A stretch of 64,000 nt of DNA from an uncultured Lachnospiraceae bacterium (GTDB lineage Bacteria > Bacillota > Clostridia > Lachnospirales > Lachnospiraceae): positions 6,250-70,249 of the forward strand of contig CAJTVN010000001.1 of assembly GCA_910579685.1 (NCBI GenBank), read 5' to 3'. The position numbers and the translations under genes are program-made. The notes beneath the pieces are model-generated. The model saw only the letters and a program-made list of their open reading frames with translations. It was not told the DNA's origin and did no database searches. Numbering within the stretch: position 1 is the stretch's first letter; every line of letters starts with the position of its first letter. Of this stretch, positions 1-9,903 are shown one piece after another.

Positions 1-84
1 GGAATCAAAACGGCCCTGGCCGCAGTGGCGTCGGTAATGCTTGTGACGGCCCTGCTCATTGCGGTTTTGTTCAAAAGAAAATAA
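1..84 (+). CDS. 3' end of a probable membrane protein (partial, runs off the window)
   Basis: Frame 1 reads GIKTALAAVASVMLVTALLIAVLFKRK-stop: a hydrophobic helix plus basic tail, just upstream of the next RBS. Confidence 0.55.
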   Translation, partial: GIKTALAAVASVMLVTALLIAVLFKRK

Positions 85-106
85 GATCAGACAAAAAGGA
101 GAAAAA

Positions 107-1156
107 ATGAGATATCCGGAATTTTTAAGACAAAATGGAACCATCGGGTTTGTGGCGCCGTCCTTTGGCTGCGCCGCAGAACCCTACCGCTCGGCTTTCG
201 CAAACGCACTGGAAAAATTACGGCAGGCGGGGTTTGCGGTTGACCTTGGACCGAACTGCTATGCGGCGGCCGGCGTTGGAATCAGCAACACGCCGCAGAA
301 GTGCGGGGCGGAGCTTACGGATTATTACACAAGCAGGGAAAACGACTGTCTGATTTCCTGCGGGGGCGGGGAGCTGATGTGTGAGACATTGGAATACGTG
401 GATTTTGACAGGATCCGGCAGGCGCCTCCCAAATGGTACATGGGATATTCGGACAACACGAACATGACCCTGCTCCTTGCAACACTGTGTGATGTGGCTT
501 CCATCTATGGCCCCTGTGCGGGCGCTTTTGGCATGGAACCCTGGCATCCTTCCATTTCAGACGCCTTTGACCTGCTTTGCGGAAAAAAGAATGCCTTTGA
601 GAGCTATGGAAGGTGGGAGCGGGAGAGCCTTAAGGACGAGGAGCATCCGCTTGTTCCCTACAATTGCACGGAGCCTTTGCACATCAGGCTTTTTGCGCCG
701 GATGAGGAGGGGAAAAGTACGGAGGTGCCATCGGCTTTCATGGAGGGAAGGCTCCTGGGAGGCTGCGTGGACTGTCTGGTGAACCTGACGGGGACGAAGT
801 ATGACCGGGTGTCGGATTTTGCGGAGAAATACAGAGAGGATGGAATCCTCTGGTTTCTGGAGGCCTGTGATCTGAACGTGTTTGCCATCCGGCGGGCCAT
901 GTGGCAGATGGAAAATGCGGGATGGTTCCGCTATGTGAAGGGGTTTCTGGTCGGGCGTCCGCGGCTTGGAGAGGAGATGATGGGGTTAGACCGTTTTGAC
1001 GCGGTTCTTGCCGTTGCTGAAAAATACAGGGTTCCGGTGTTTATGGATGTAGATCTGGGGCATCTGGCTCCCATGATGCCCTTGGTGACGGGAAGCTGTG
1101 CAAAAATAAAGGGAGAAAAGGGAAAAATACATGTGACCATGGAATTTTCGGCTTAA
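107..1156 (+). CDS. S66 family LD-carboxypeptidase / MccF-like peptidase
   Basis: TIGFVAPS, GGGE, nucleophile motif GYSD, GRLLGG, LFLE-like WFLE and DLGH motifs; AAGGAG RBS before ATG 107. Confidence 0.9.
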   Translation: MRYPEFLRQNGTIGFVAPSFGCAAEPYRSAFANALEKLRQAGFAVDLGPNCYAAAGVGISNTPQKCGAELTDYYTSRENDCLISCGGGELMCETLEYVDFDRIRQAPPKWYMGYSDNTNMTLLLATLCDVASIYGPCAGAFGMEPWHPSISDAFDLLCGKKNAFESYGRWERESLKDEEHPLVPYNCTEPLHIRLFAPDEEGKSTEVPSAFMEGRLLGGCVDCLVNLTGTKYDRVSDFAEKYREDGILWFLEACDLNVFAIRRAMWQMENAGWFRYVKGFLVGRPRLGEEMMGLDRFDAVLAVAEKYRVPVFMDVDLGHLAPMMPLVTGSCAKIKGEKGKIHVTMEFSA

Positions 1157-1240
1157 AAGGGCGGCTCCGGAGGAGGGCGGATGCCGTCGCATTTTGCCCG
1201 CAGGATGCGAAGCGGGCAGAAACCGTGCGATGGATGACAG

Positions 1241-1269
1241 TTGATTAGGCGTATCATGTTCCTTATAAT
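1241..1269 (+). promoter_or_regulatory. Putative sigma-A promoter of the Spo0A-CTD gene
   Basis: TTGATT-17 bp-TATAAT. Confidence 0.55.
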
Positions 1270-1309
1270 AGTTTCATATCATTATTTGGAAAAAAGTGGA
1301 GGGAACAGG

Positions 1310-1831
1310 ATGGAACAGCTTAATTTGACGGCATCAAAGGATACAGACAAGGTATATAAGATACTGGATGATCTATTATCGAAAAACAGAGAATTTCAGA
1401 TAATGATCACCGTTCCTTCGGGAAGCCGGGGATTTGATAAGGAAGTAAAAGAGACCGTTCATGTGGAGAAAAAACTGACCTACAATCTTGAGAAAGACGT
1501 GACGGATATGATTCATGAAATCGGTGTTCCCGCCCATATCAAAGGCTACCAGTATCTCAGAGAGGCCATTATGATGTCTGTGGAAGAGCCGGATATGCTT
1601 GGTTCCATCACAAAAGTACTTTATCCCACCATTGCGAAACGCTACCAGACAACCTCGAGCAGGGTGGAGAGGGCCATCCGCCATGCCATTGAGGTGGCGT
1701 GGAACAGGGGGAGGATGGAAACCCTCGACAATCTTTTCGGATATACCATCAACAATGGAAAGGGAAAACCTACAAATTCCGAATTCATAGCCCTGATTGC
1801 GGATAAAATTCGTCTCCAGTACAAGAAATAA
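1310..1831 (+). CDS. Spo0A C-terminal DNA-binding-domain protein lacking a receiver domain
   Basis: [59 protein letters not shown]; only ~55 aa precede the domain; GGAGGG RBS. Confidence 0.9.
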   Translation: MEQLNLTASKDTDKVYKILDDLLSKNREFQIMITVPSGSRGFDKEVKETVHVEKKLTYNLEKDVTDMIHEIGVPAHIKGYQYLREAIMMSVEEPDMLGSITKVLYPTIAKRYQTTSSRVERAIRHAIEVAWNRGRMETLDNLFGYTINNGKGKPTNSEFIALIADKIRLQYKK

Positions 1832-1924
1832 GGCGGATGTGGACAAAAATATCCAAATTCTCTCTTTAAATGAGCAGATGATTGTTGTATAATCATAATT
1901 AATAATAATGTTGGAGGGTTTGTG

Positions 1925-3370
1925 ATGAAGAAGATTCTTTTTGTCGCATCGGAGGGTGTACCATTTATTAAAACGGGAGGGCTTGCGGATGTCGTGGGTT
2001 CCCTTCCGAAATGTATCGATAAGCAGTATTTTGATGTGAGAGTGATTCTTCCCAAATATACCTGCATGAAGCAGGAGATGAAGGATATGCTCAGCTATAT
2101 TACGCATTTTTATATGGATTTCCACTGGAAGAACGAGTATGTGGGAGTTCTGTATGCGGAAGTGGAAGGGGTGAAGTACTACTTTATCGATAACGAGATG
2201 TTCTTTGGCGGATTTAAACCGTACAGTGACAATGCATTGTTTGAGATCGAGAAGTATGCGTTCTTCTCCAAGGCGGCGCTGTCCATTCTGCCGGTGATCG
2301 ACTTTAGACCGGATATCATCCACTGCCATGACTGGCAGACCGGACTGATTCCCGTTTACCTCAGAGAGCGGTTCCAGGGGAGCGAGTTCTACCGGGGAAT
2401 CAAATCCATCATGACGATTCACAACCTGAAGTTCCAGGGGAAATGGAATATCAAGGATGTACAGGATATCACAGGACTTCCGGATTACTATTTTACGCCG
2501 GATAAACTGGAGGCCTACAAGGACGCAAACCTGTTAAAGGGCGGTATTGTGTTTGCGGACGCCATCACCACGGTGAGCGATACTTATGCGGAGGAGATTA
2601 AGACTGAGTTTTACGGGGAGAACTTAAACGGCCTTCTGCAGGCAAGGAGCGGCAGCCTTCGGGGAATCGTAAACGGTATCGATACGGAAGATTTCAATCC
2701 GGAGACGGATAAATATATAGAATACAATTACAATGCCATGAATTTCCGAAAGGAAAAGATCAAAAACAAGCGCGCACTTCAGGCGGAACTTGGCTTGGAG
2801 CAGGATGACAAGAAGTTCATGATCGGTATTGTCTCAAGGCTTACGGATCAGAAGGGCTTTGACCTGATCGCCTATGTCATGGATGAGCTCTGTCAGAGCA
2901 ACGTGCAGATCGTGGTTCTCGGAACAGGAGAAGAGCGGTATGAGAATATGTTCCGCCACTTTGACTGGAAGTACAACAACAAGGTATCTGCCAACATTTA
3001 TTATTCGGATGCACTCTCCCACAAGATCTACGCTGCCTGTGACGCATTTCTGATGCCGTCCCTGTTTGAACCCTGCGGTTTAAGCCAGCTGATGAGCCTG
3101 CGCTATGGCACGGTGCCTATTGTCAGGGAGACGGGAGGACTGAAGGATACGGTGGAGCCATACAATGAATACGAGAGCACCGGTACCGGCTTTTCCTTTA
3201 CCAATTACAATGCCCATGAGATGCTTGGCACGATCTATTATGCAGAGAAGATCTACTATGAGAAAAAGCGCGAGTGGAATAAGATTGTGGATCGGGCTAT
3301 GGCCGTTGATTTCTCATGGAATGTATCGGCGAAAAAATATCAGGAAATGTATGACTGGCTGATCGGATAA
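1925..3370 (+). CDS. glgA: Glycogen synthase (GT5)
   Basis: KTGGLADV, HCHDWQT, TIHNL, PSLFEPCGLSQL, RETGGLKDTV. Confidence 0.97.
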   Translation: MKKILFVASEGVPFIKTGGLADVVGSLPKCIDKQYFDVRVILPKYTCMKQEMKDMLSYITHFYMDFHWKNEYVGVLYAEVEGVKYYFIDNEMFFGGFKPYSDNALFEIEKYAFFSKAALSILPVIDFRPDIIHCHDWQTGLIPVYLRERFQGSEFYRGIKSIMTIHNLKFQGKWNIKDVQDITGLPDYYFTPDKLEAYKDANLLKGGIVFADAITTVSDTYAEEIKTEFYGENLNGLLQARSGSLRGIVNGIDTEDFNPETDKYIEYNYNAMNFRKEKIKNKRALQAELGLEQDDKKFMIGIVSRLTDQKGFDLIAYVMDELCQSNVQIVVLGTGEERYENMFRHFDWKYNNKVSANIYYSDALSHKIYAACDAFLMPSLFEPCGLSQLMSLRYGTVPIVRETGGLKDTVEPYNEYESTGTGFSFTNYNAHEMLGTIYYAEKIYYEKKREWNKIVDRAMAVDFSWNVSAKKYQEMYDWLIG

Positions 3371-3388
3371 CTTTGGAGTGTAACGGCA

Positions 3389-5197
3389 ATGCCTGATAAT
3401 AAAAAGAAAGACGGATTTATCATGCAGGCGGGGATCCTGGCGGCAGCCGGGATCATCGTCCGCATTATCGGTCTGCTTTATAACAGCCCGATGACAGCCA
3501 TTCTGGGTGATGAGGGGATCGGATATTATAACACGGCGTACAATGCCTATACCATTGTGCTCCTCATATCATCCTATAGTATTCCCTCCGCTATTTCCAA
3601 GGTTATTGCCCAGAAGCTGGCAGTAAGAGAATACCGAAACGCACACCGTATTTTTCAGTGTGCATTTATTTATGTGCTGGCAGTGGGTGGTATTGCCAGC
3701 TTATTTGTGTTTTTCGGGGCAGGGCTGCTGGTTAAGATTGATCACTCCATTCTGGCGCTTCGCGTTCTGGCTCCCACGATTTTTTTCAGCGGGATTCTCG
3801 GCGTGCTCCGGGGCTATTTTCAGGCGCACAAAAGCATGGTGCAGACCTCGGTGTCCCAGATTCTCGAGCAGATCCTGAATGCGGTGGGAAGCATTCTGAT
3901 GGCTTATCTGCTCATGAATGCTGCCGCAGATCGGGAAAAGAGCGAGGGACTGTCCTGGGGTGCCATGGGAGGAGCCATCGGTACGGGAATCGGCGTTCTT
4001 GCGGCCCTGCTGTTCATGGCTGGCGTTTACAGGCTTAACAGCGGCATGATCAAAAAGAGGATCGAGAAGGATGCGGGCCACAAGGAGGAATCCTATGGGG
4101 CCGTGTTCAAGATGATTATCCTGGTGGTCACGCCCTTTATTCTGAGTACCTTTATCTACAATGCCAACACCTTTATCAATCAGAATGTGTACCAGTGGAT
4201 CATGATTGATGTAAAAAAGATGGCGGATACCCAGGTGGCCGCTTACACGGGAGTGATCGGAAAGGCAGTAAAGGTGTCCAATATTCCCATCGCACTGGCC
4301 TCGGCCATGGCCACGGCCCTAATCCCCGGCATCTCCGGGGATTATGCCAGAAAGAATCTGAAGGGTGCCAGACAAAAGGTTGCCAAAGCCATGAAGGTGA
4401 CCATGCTGATCGCTATTCCGGCAGCGGTGGGGCTTGCCGTTCTGGCAAAGCCGGTGATGCTGGTGCTCTATCCACAGAAGGAATCCATTGATCTGTCATC
4501 GGCGCTTCTTGCGGCGCTTTCCGTGAGCGTGATTTTTTATTCCATGTCAACGCTCTCAAACGCCGTGCTTCAGTCCATAGGGAAACTGAACGCACCTGTA
4601 ATCAATGCGGCAATTGCGCTGGTCCTCCAGACCGCAGCGCTTGCGGGCGCACTCTGGGGGCTGGACGCCGGGTATGGGACCTATTATTATATCGTTGCCA
4701 TTATTCTCTATTCATTCTTGATGTGCCTGCTCAACGGCGTTTCCATCCGCAGGAATTTGGGCTACCGCCAGGAGGCGGACCGGACTTTTTTCCGGCCGGC
4801 GCTGGCCTCCGGTGTTATGGGAGGGGCGGCCTATGGGGTATATCAGGGACTGTATCTGCTGTTTCATTTGAATATTCTGGCGCTGGTTCTTGCGGTGGCG
4901 GTGGCTGTACTTGTCTATTTTGTACTGATAATCCGTATGGGAGTTCTGACAAGAGAAGAGCTCAAATCCCTGCCAAAGGGCCATATGCTGGTTCACTTCG
5001 CCTGCAAAATGAAACTTATGAGACCGGAAGCGCCTTCTTCCGGAAAAGGGAAGCCGGATTTGCGAAAGCAGAAGGAGACCTCCCGCAAAAAGCAGGTTTC
5101 CAAAAAGAAAAAAGCCGTTTCAGGCAGTGATCAGGCGTTAAGGAAGTATACGGATCCGGTGGACGAGAATGCTGAAGATTTCTGGCTGGACGATTAA
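3389..5197 (+). CDS. SpoVB/MurJ-like polysaccharide biosynthesis flippase (MOP superfamily)
   Basis: Many TM segments, LGDEGIGYY, IPSAISK, LRGYFQ, SQILEQI; charged low-complexity C-terminal tail. Confidence 0.85.
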   Translation: MPDNKKKDGFIMQAGILAAAGIIVRIIGLLYNSPMTAILGDEGIGYYNTAYNAYTIVLLISSYSIPSAISKVIAQKLAVREYRNAHRIFQCAFIYVLAVGGIASLFVFFGAGLLVKIDHSILALRVLAPTIFFSGILGVLRGYFQAHKSMVQTSVSQILEQILNAVGSILMAYLLMNAAADREKSEGLSWGAMGGAIGTGIGVLAALLFMAGVYRLNSGMIKKRIEKDAGHKEESYGAVFKMIILVVTPFILSTFIYNANTFINQNVYQWIMIDVKKMADTQVAAYTGVIGKAVKVSNIPIALASAMATALIPGISGDYARKNLKGARQKVAKAMKVTMLIAIPAAVGLAVLAKPVMLVLYPQKESIDLSSALLAALSVSVIFYSMSTLSNAVLQSIGKLNAPVINAAIALVLQTAALAGALWGLDAGYGTYYYIVAIILYSFLMCLLNGVSIRRNLGYRQEADRTFFRPALASGVMGGAAYGVYQGLYLLFHLNILALVLAVAVAVLVYFVLIIRMGVLTREELKSLPKGHMLVHFACKMKLMRPEAPSSGKGKPDLRKQKETSRKKQVSKKKKAVSGSDQALRKYTDPVDENAEDFWLDD

Positions 5198-5208
5198 ACG
5201 GTTAAACC

Positions 5209-5237
5209 GAATAAATTAAAACCTTCTGGAAATACTG
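5209..5237 (+). promoter_or_regulatory. Possible forespore (sigma-G/F-type) promoter
   Basis: GAATA-17 bp-AATACTG upstream of small spore-coat-like genes. Confidence 0.35.
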
Positions 5238-5270
5238 AAATTGACAATCATATTTTCAAGGAGGTTTTTT

Positions 5271-5456
5271 ATGGCTAATTTATCAGAACTGGAATTACAG
5301 AACCTGCGTCACCTAATTGGCGGCTATGATACGACTCATTGTAAGATGAAGGAGTATGCGGCTGATTCAAAGGATCCTCAGATCAAGCAGTTTTTTGAAA
5401 AAGGCGCAAAGTCCGCAATGGAAAACAAGACTCAGTTGATGAAATTTTTACAGTAG
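5271..5456 (+). CDS. Small spore-associated protein (partner of the coat-F-like gene)
   Basis: AAGGAGG RBS; 61 aa helical protein of the type found before coat-F-like genes in clostridia. Confidence 0.65.
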   Translation: MANLSELELQNLRHLIGGYDTTHCKMKEYAADSKDPQIKQFFEKGAKSAMENKTQLMKFLQ

Positions 5457-5468
5457 GAGGTAGGGAAG

Positions 5469-5729
5469 ATGCAGTTAAATGAGAAGACAATGGTAGCGGA
5501 TACTCTGGCAGGAATCAACGGGGAGCTGGTTCGGTTTGGCGAGATGATTCCCCAGACAGAAAACAAAGAATTAAAGCAGACCTTAAAGCAGTTTAGAAAC
5601 GCCTGTGAGCAGTCCCAGGAGGAGATCTATCAGCTGGCAAGAGAGAAGTCCTATTACGTGCCGGCTGCCAAGGCAACCGAGGAAGAGATTGCCCATGTGA
5701 AGAGCCTGTTCACGCAGGGGACGCTGTAA
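5469..5729 (+). CDS. Spore coat protein, Coat F-like
   Basis: LNEKTMVADTL...ENKELKQTL...EIYQLAREKSYY pattern; AGGAGG RBS. Confidence 0.75.
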   Translation: MQLNEKTMVADTLAGINGELVRFGEMIPQTENKELKQTLKQFRNACEQSQEEIYQLAREKSYYVPAAKATEEEIAHVKSLFTQGTL

Positions 5730-5733
5730 AACA

Positions 5734-5782
5734 GCCATAAAAAATACAGGAACCGGAGAGCGGTTCCTGTATTTTTTATGGC
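5734..5782. terminator. Bidirectional intrinsic terminator
   Basis: Perfect 22-bp inverted repeat GCCATAAAAAATACAGGAACCG / CGGTTCCTGTATTTTTTATGGC between convergent genes. Confidence 0.9.
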
Positions 5783-5785
5783 CCG

Positions 5786-7564
5786 TCACGGTTCGATCTG
5801 CTCAAGGCCCGAGGTCTCAGGAGAAATGTCGGTATCAATCATCATGGAATAATTCGTGTAATAGATCACAAAGCCGGGCTTGCCCGCATTTGGCTTTTTG
5901 ACGTTTTTCTTCTGCGTGTAATCAATTTCCACCTTGTCCTGTTCCCTGCCTCTGGAGTAATAGGCGGCGAGCTTTGCGGCGGCCTCGAAGACGGAATCCG
6001 GAAGTTCTTCCCCGCCCGCCTTTACCACCACGTGGGAGCCGGGAATGCCCTTGGCGTGAAACCACCAGTCATTGCCGGAGGCGAACTTGAAGGTGAGTTC
6101 GTCGTTCTGGAGGTTATTTTTGCCCACATAGATATGGAAGCCCTCCCGGCTGACATAGTGAAAAGGCCTGCTGGTGATTTTTACTTTCCGGGCGCCGCCC
6201 TTGCGGCGGATGTAGCCGCTCTCGATCAGCTCCTCCTTGATCTGGGCCAGATCCTCCTCCCTGAGAGCGATGTCGAGAGCGGTCTGGATGGATTCCAGAT
6301 GATCGATCTCGTCCTTCACAGCAAGGGTCAGGGTCGAGAGTGCCTCGTAGGTCCGTTTCAGCTTTCCGTATTTGTCAAAATATTTTTTGGCATTGTCGGA
6401 GGCGGAGAGAAGCGGGTCAAGAGGGATGGTGATCATCTGGTTCGTGTAATAATTCAGGGCCTCCATGGATTTTGCACCGGGCTTGACATGGTAGCCGTAA
6501 GTATTAATCAGTTCCCCGTAGATCCTGTATTTCTCCCTCTTTTCCGTATCCTGCATCTGTCTGATCTGCAGATCGTATTTTCGGATATTCCGCTCCAGGG
6601 CCGTCTGAACGATCCTGCGCAGATCCACGGATTTCTGGCGGATACGGGAGATCTGGTTTTTCTGCGCATAGTACTGCTCGAGGAGGACGGAGACGGAATC
6701 GAATTTTTTGACGTTTCCATCCCCGTAGGAAGCCTCCAGCTCGTGGGACGACAGGGCGCTAAACTCGGCAGGAGAGTTGTTCTCATAAAAAATGACAGGA
6801 GAAAACCGCTCTCTTTTCAATCGTTCCATGGTTCCGGCAAAGGATCGCCACAGCTTTTCAAGAAGAGCGTCTCCCTGCGCCGACTCGGAAAAGACTGCGG
6901 TGGACATATCCCCATCGATTCCCGCTTCCAGGCAGAGTGCGTTGGAGGCGGACGGAGAAAGGCCCGTGTAGGATCCATAGAGAGCCTTAAAAACCGGTGC
7001 GGCTTTTGCGGTGATGGTTCGAATAAAGCTGTCATGATCTGCCTCAAGGGGGTTCTCCTTTTCCTGGGTCTGGGGAATAAAATAAGGACGGCCGGGAAGC
7101 ACCTCTCTTACGGAGCTCACCATGCCTGATATATGCTTGATGCTGTCTATGATCAGTTCCCCGTCATTTACGAAGATAAGATTGCTGTGCTTTCCCATTA
7201 GCTCCATGACCAGCTTTTTGCGGCAGAGGTCGCCCAGCTCATTTAAGTGTTCCACATGAATCTGGATAATGCGTTCCAGCCCGGGCTGCGTGATATCCGT
7301 GATCCTGCCGTTTTGCAGATGCTTGCGCAGAAGCATGCAAAATCCGGGCGCCGTCATGGGGGCCTGCTTGTTTTTTTCCGTAAGATAAATCAGGGGGAGG
7401 GATGCGCTGGCCGAGAGAGCGAGGCGCTTTTGTCCCTGAGCCGTCTTTATGGTGAGAAGAAGCTCGTCCTCCTCCGGCTGGGCAATCTTATAGATGCGCC
7501 CTCCCACGATTTCCCTTTTCAGCTCGCTGACCACCGCTGCCACTGTCATTCCGTCAAATGCCAT
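5786..7564 (-). CDS. rqcH: NFACT/Rqc2 family ribosome quality-control protein (FbpA-like)
   Basis: MAFDG start, FCMLLRKHL, ELMGKHSN, VGKNNLQNDELT, WFHAKGIPGSHV. Confidence 0.92.
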   Translation of the reverse strand: MAFDGMTVAAVVSELKREIVGGRIYKIAQPEEDELLLTIKTAQGQKRLALSASASLPLIYLTEKNKQAPMTAPGFCMLLRKHLQNGRITDITQPGLERIIQIHVEHLNELGDLCRKKLVMELMGKHSNLIFVNDGELIIDSIKHISGMVSSVREVLPGRPYFIPQTQEKENPLEADHDSFIRTITAKAAPVFKALYGSYTGLSPSASNALCLEAGIDGDMSTAVFSESAQGDALLEKLWRSFAGTMERLKRERFSPVIFYENNSPAEFSALSSHELEASYGDGNVKKFDSVSVLLEQYYAQKNQISRIRQKSVDLRRIVQTALERNIRKYDLQIRQMQDTEKREKYRIYGELINTYGYHVKPGAKSMEALNYYTNQMITIPLDPLLSASDNAKKYFDKYGKLKRTYEALSTLTLAVKDEIDHLESIQTALDIALREEDLAQIKEELIESGYIRRKGGARKVKITSRPFHYVSREGFHIYVGKNNLQNDELTFKFASGNDWWFHAKGIPGSHVVVKAGGEELPDSVFEAAAKLAAYYSRGREQDKVEIDYTQKKNVKKPNAGKPGFVIYYTNYSMMIDTDISPETSGLEQIEP

Positions 7565-7632
7565 AAAAATCAACTCCATTTCTTAACTATTTCTTCATTG
7601 TATACCATAATCCCTTTTCGCACAAGCAAACC

Positions 7633-7661
7633 TTGACGTTTTTCCAGTCTTATCCTATAAT
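7633..7661 (+). promoter_or_regulatory. Sigma-A promoter of the yicC operon
   Basis: TTGACG-17 bp-TATAAT. Confidence 0.7.
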
Positions 7662-7712
7662 AATGAAGAATACGCAGACACGAGAATTTACAGGGTACGA
7701 AGGAGTATCATC

Positions 7713-8591
7713 ATGATTAAGAGTATGACCGGTTTTGGCAGATGCGAGGTAGAGGAGGATAACCGGAAAATCACGGTTGAAATGAAATCCGTAAACCACC
7801 GCTATCTGGATGTATCGATCAAGATGCCAAAAAAGCTTAATTTTTTTGAGGCGGCGATTCGAAACGAGCTGAAAAATTATATTCAGAGGGGCAAGGTGGA
7901 TGTCTTTGTATCGTACGAGGATTTTACGCAGTCCAATGTCTGCGTGAAGTACAACCGAGAGATCGCTGCGGAATATATGAAGTACTTTCAGGTGATGGAA
8001 GAGGAGTTTTCCCTGGATAACGATATGAGAGTGTCCGTTCTGGCACGATTTCCGGAAGTGTTTACCATGGAGGAACAGACCATGGACGAGGAGAAGCTCT
8101 GGCAGCTTTTGAAAAGAGCGGTTGACGGGGCGGCAGAGGGATTCGTGGAGGCAAGAATCCGGGAAGGGGAAAATCTCTGCCAGGATCTTCTCGGGAAGCT
8201 GAAAGGGATGAGCGTCCAGGTGGATTTCATTTCCGAGCGTTCCCCGTTGCTGATTATGGAATACAGAAAGAAGCTGGAGGAGAAGGTCAGAGAGCTTCTG
8301 GAGGATTCCAAGGTTGACGACAACCGTCTTTTGATGGAAGTGACGATCTTTGCGGACCGGGTTTGTGTGGACGAGGAGCTGGTGCGGCTTCGCAGCCATA
8401 TCGAGACCACGAGGGATACGCTCCTTGCAGGAGGAGGCATCGGACGCAAGCTTGACTTTATCGCACAGGAAATGAACCGGGAGGCCAATACCATCCTCTC
8501 CAAGTCAAACGATCTGACCATTTCCAATCATGCGATTGAGCTCAAGACGGAGATCGAGAAGGTAAGGGAACAGATTCAGAACATCGAATAG
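7713..8591 (+). CDS. yicC: YicC/YloC family endoribonuclease
   Basis: MIKSMTGFG, SVNHRYLD, GRKLDFIAQEMNREANTILSK, EQIQNIE. Confidence 0.95.
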   Translation: MIKSMTGFGRCEVEEDNRKITVEMKSVNHRYLDVSIKMPKKLNFFEAAIRNELKNYIQRGKVDVFVSYEDFTQSNVCVKYNREIAAEYMKYFQVMEEEFSLDNDMRVSVLARFPEVFTMEEQTMDEEKLWQLLKRAVDGAAEGFVEARIREGENLCQDLLGKLKGMSVQVDFISERSPLLIMEYRKKLEEKVRELLEDSKVDDNRLLMEVTIFADRVCVDEELVRLRSHIETTRDTLLAGGGIGRKLDFIAQEMNREANTILSKSNDLTISNHAIELKTEIEKVREQIQNIE

Positions 8592-8607
8592 CGGAGGGCT
8601 GATGTGA

Positions 8608-8868
8608 TTGAACAGGCTGATTCACATAGGATTTGGAAACATTGTAAATGCGGGTAAAATCATTGCGATCGTAAGCCCGGATTCCGCCCCGGTGAAGCGT
8701 ATGGTTCAGCGGGCCAGGGAGGAGGGAATCGCAATTGACGCAACCCAGGGAAGAAAGACAAAAGCGGTACTTGTGATGGAGAACAGCCAATTGGTGCTGT
8801 CGGCGCTGCTGCCGGAGACCATAGCACTAAGGGCGCAGGCGGAAGGTAAAGAGGATGAGGAAGCATAG
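8608..8868 (+). CDS. remA: RemA/DUF370 family regulator
   Basis: [16 protein letters not shown]; conserved position between yicC and gmk; TTG start. Confidence 0.9.
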   Translation: MNRLIHIGFGNIVNAGKIIAIVSPDSAPVKRMVQRAREEGIAIDATQGRKTKAVLVMENSQLVLSALLPETIALRAQAEGKEDEEA

Positions 8869-9487
8869 AGGAATATTGATCGTGGTTTCAGGTTTTTCCG
8901 GTGCGGGCAAGGGAACGCTGATGAAGCAGCTGGTGCGTTCCTACGATAATTACGCCCTGTCGGTTTCCATGACCACCAGGAGTCCGAGACCGGGAGAAGA
9001 GGATGGCAGAGAGTATTTTTTCGTGAGCAGGGAGGAATTTGAGCGCAGGATAGAGGAAGGCGGCCTGATCGAATATGCAAGCTACTGCGGCAACTATTAC
9101 GGAACGCCCAAAGAATATGTGAGAAAACAGCTGGAAAAAGGCAGGGACGTGATCCTTGAAATTGAGATACAGGGAGCGCTCAAGATCAAGGAGCAGTTTC
9201 CCACGGCGCTTCTTTTGTTTGTGATGCCGCCCAGCGTGAGCGAGCTGAAAAAGCGTCTGGAGGGCAGGGGAACGGAGAGCCCCGAGGTCATTAAGAGGCG
9301 TCTTAGCAGGGCGGGCGAGGAAGCCGATGGTATAGAAAACTATGATTTTATCGTGATAAACGACAAACTGGAGGAGTGCGTGGAGCAGATGCACGGCCTG
9401 ATAGCGGCCGCACACAAGACTCCGCAGAGAAACAGCTCGTTTATCCGTGAAATAAGGCAGGAGCTGCAGGCTTTTGCGAAGCAGTGA
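8855..9487 (+). CDS. gmk: Guanylate kinase
   Basis: [11 protein letters not shown]-loop, [22 protein letters not shown]. Confidence 0.97.
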   Translation: MRKHRGILIVVSGFSGAGKGTLMKQLVRSYDNYALSVSMTTRSPRPGEEDGREYFFVSREEFERRIEEGGLIEYASYCGNYYGTPKEYVRKQLEKGRDVILEIEIQGALKIKEQFPTALLLFVMPPSVSELKKRLEGRGTESPEVIKRRLSRAGEEADGIENYDFIVINDKLEECVEQMHGLIAAAHKTPQRNSSFIREIRQELQAFAKQ

Positions 9488-9506
9488 CATAAGGAAGGAG
9501 AAAAAT

Positions 9507-9740
9507 ATGTTACATCCATCTTATTCAGACTTAATGAAGGTAGTAAACAGCGAGGTTGAACAGGGAGAAGCCCCTGTGGTGAACAGCAGATATTCCATAG
9601 TCATGGCGGCCTCAAAGAGGGCAAGGCAGATTATAGCCGGGGATGATCCCCTGGTAAACGTAAAGGAGACAAAGCCTTTGTCCATTGCGGTGGAAGAACT
9701 GAATCAGGGAACGGTCAAAATATTAACGGAGGAAGAATGA
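9507..9740 (+). CDS. rpoZ: RNA polymerase omega subunit
   Basis: SRYSIVMAASKRARQI, KPLSIAVEE; follows gmk. Confidence 0.95.
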   Translation: MLHPSYSDLMKVVNSEVEQGEAPVVNSRYSIVMAASKRARQIIAGDDPLVNVKETKPLSIAVEELNQGTVKILTEEE

Positions 9741-9803
9741 GAGGAAGGCGGCCAGAAATGGCCGCCTGGCTTTTATGTGCAGGCGCGCATATGAAAATCT
9801 GCT

Positions 9804-9880
9804 GCTTACGCAGCATGCGGGCCGCACGGCGAGTAGGAAAGAAAAATCTTCCCTGCTCGATTGCACAGAGGTGCGTAAGC
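9804..9880. repeat. Long imperfect palindrome between rpoZ and rimO
   Basis: Outer arms GCTTACGCA/TGCGTAAGC; inner arms CGAGTAGGAAAGA/TCTTCCCTGCTCG. Confidence 0.6.
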
Positions 9881-9903
9881 GGGGGAGACGGAAAGGCGCG
9901 TTT

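Noticed and set aside
9775..9903. N-terminal extensions in the ORF track (rimO, hisS, nfo, MATE, KdpE-like, SBP and others)
   Set aside because: Downstream ATGs have better RBSs or match the family N-termini; the extensions translate intergenic DNA.
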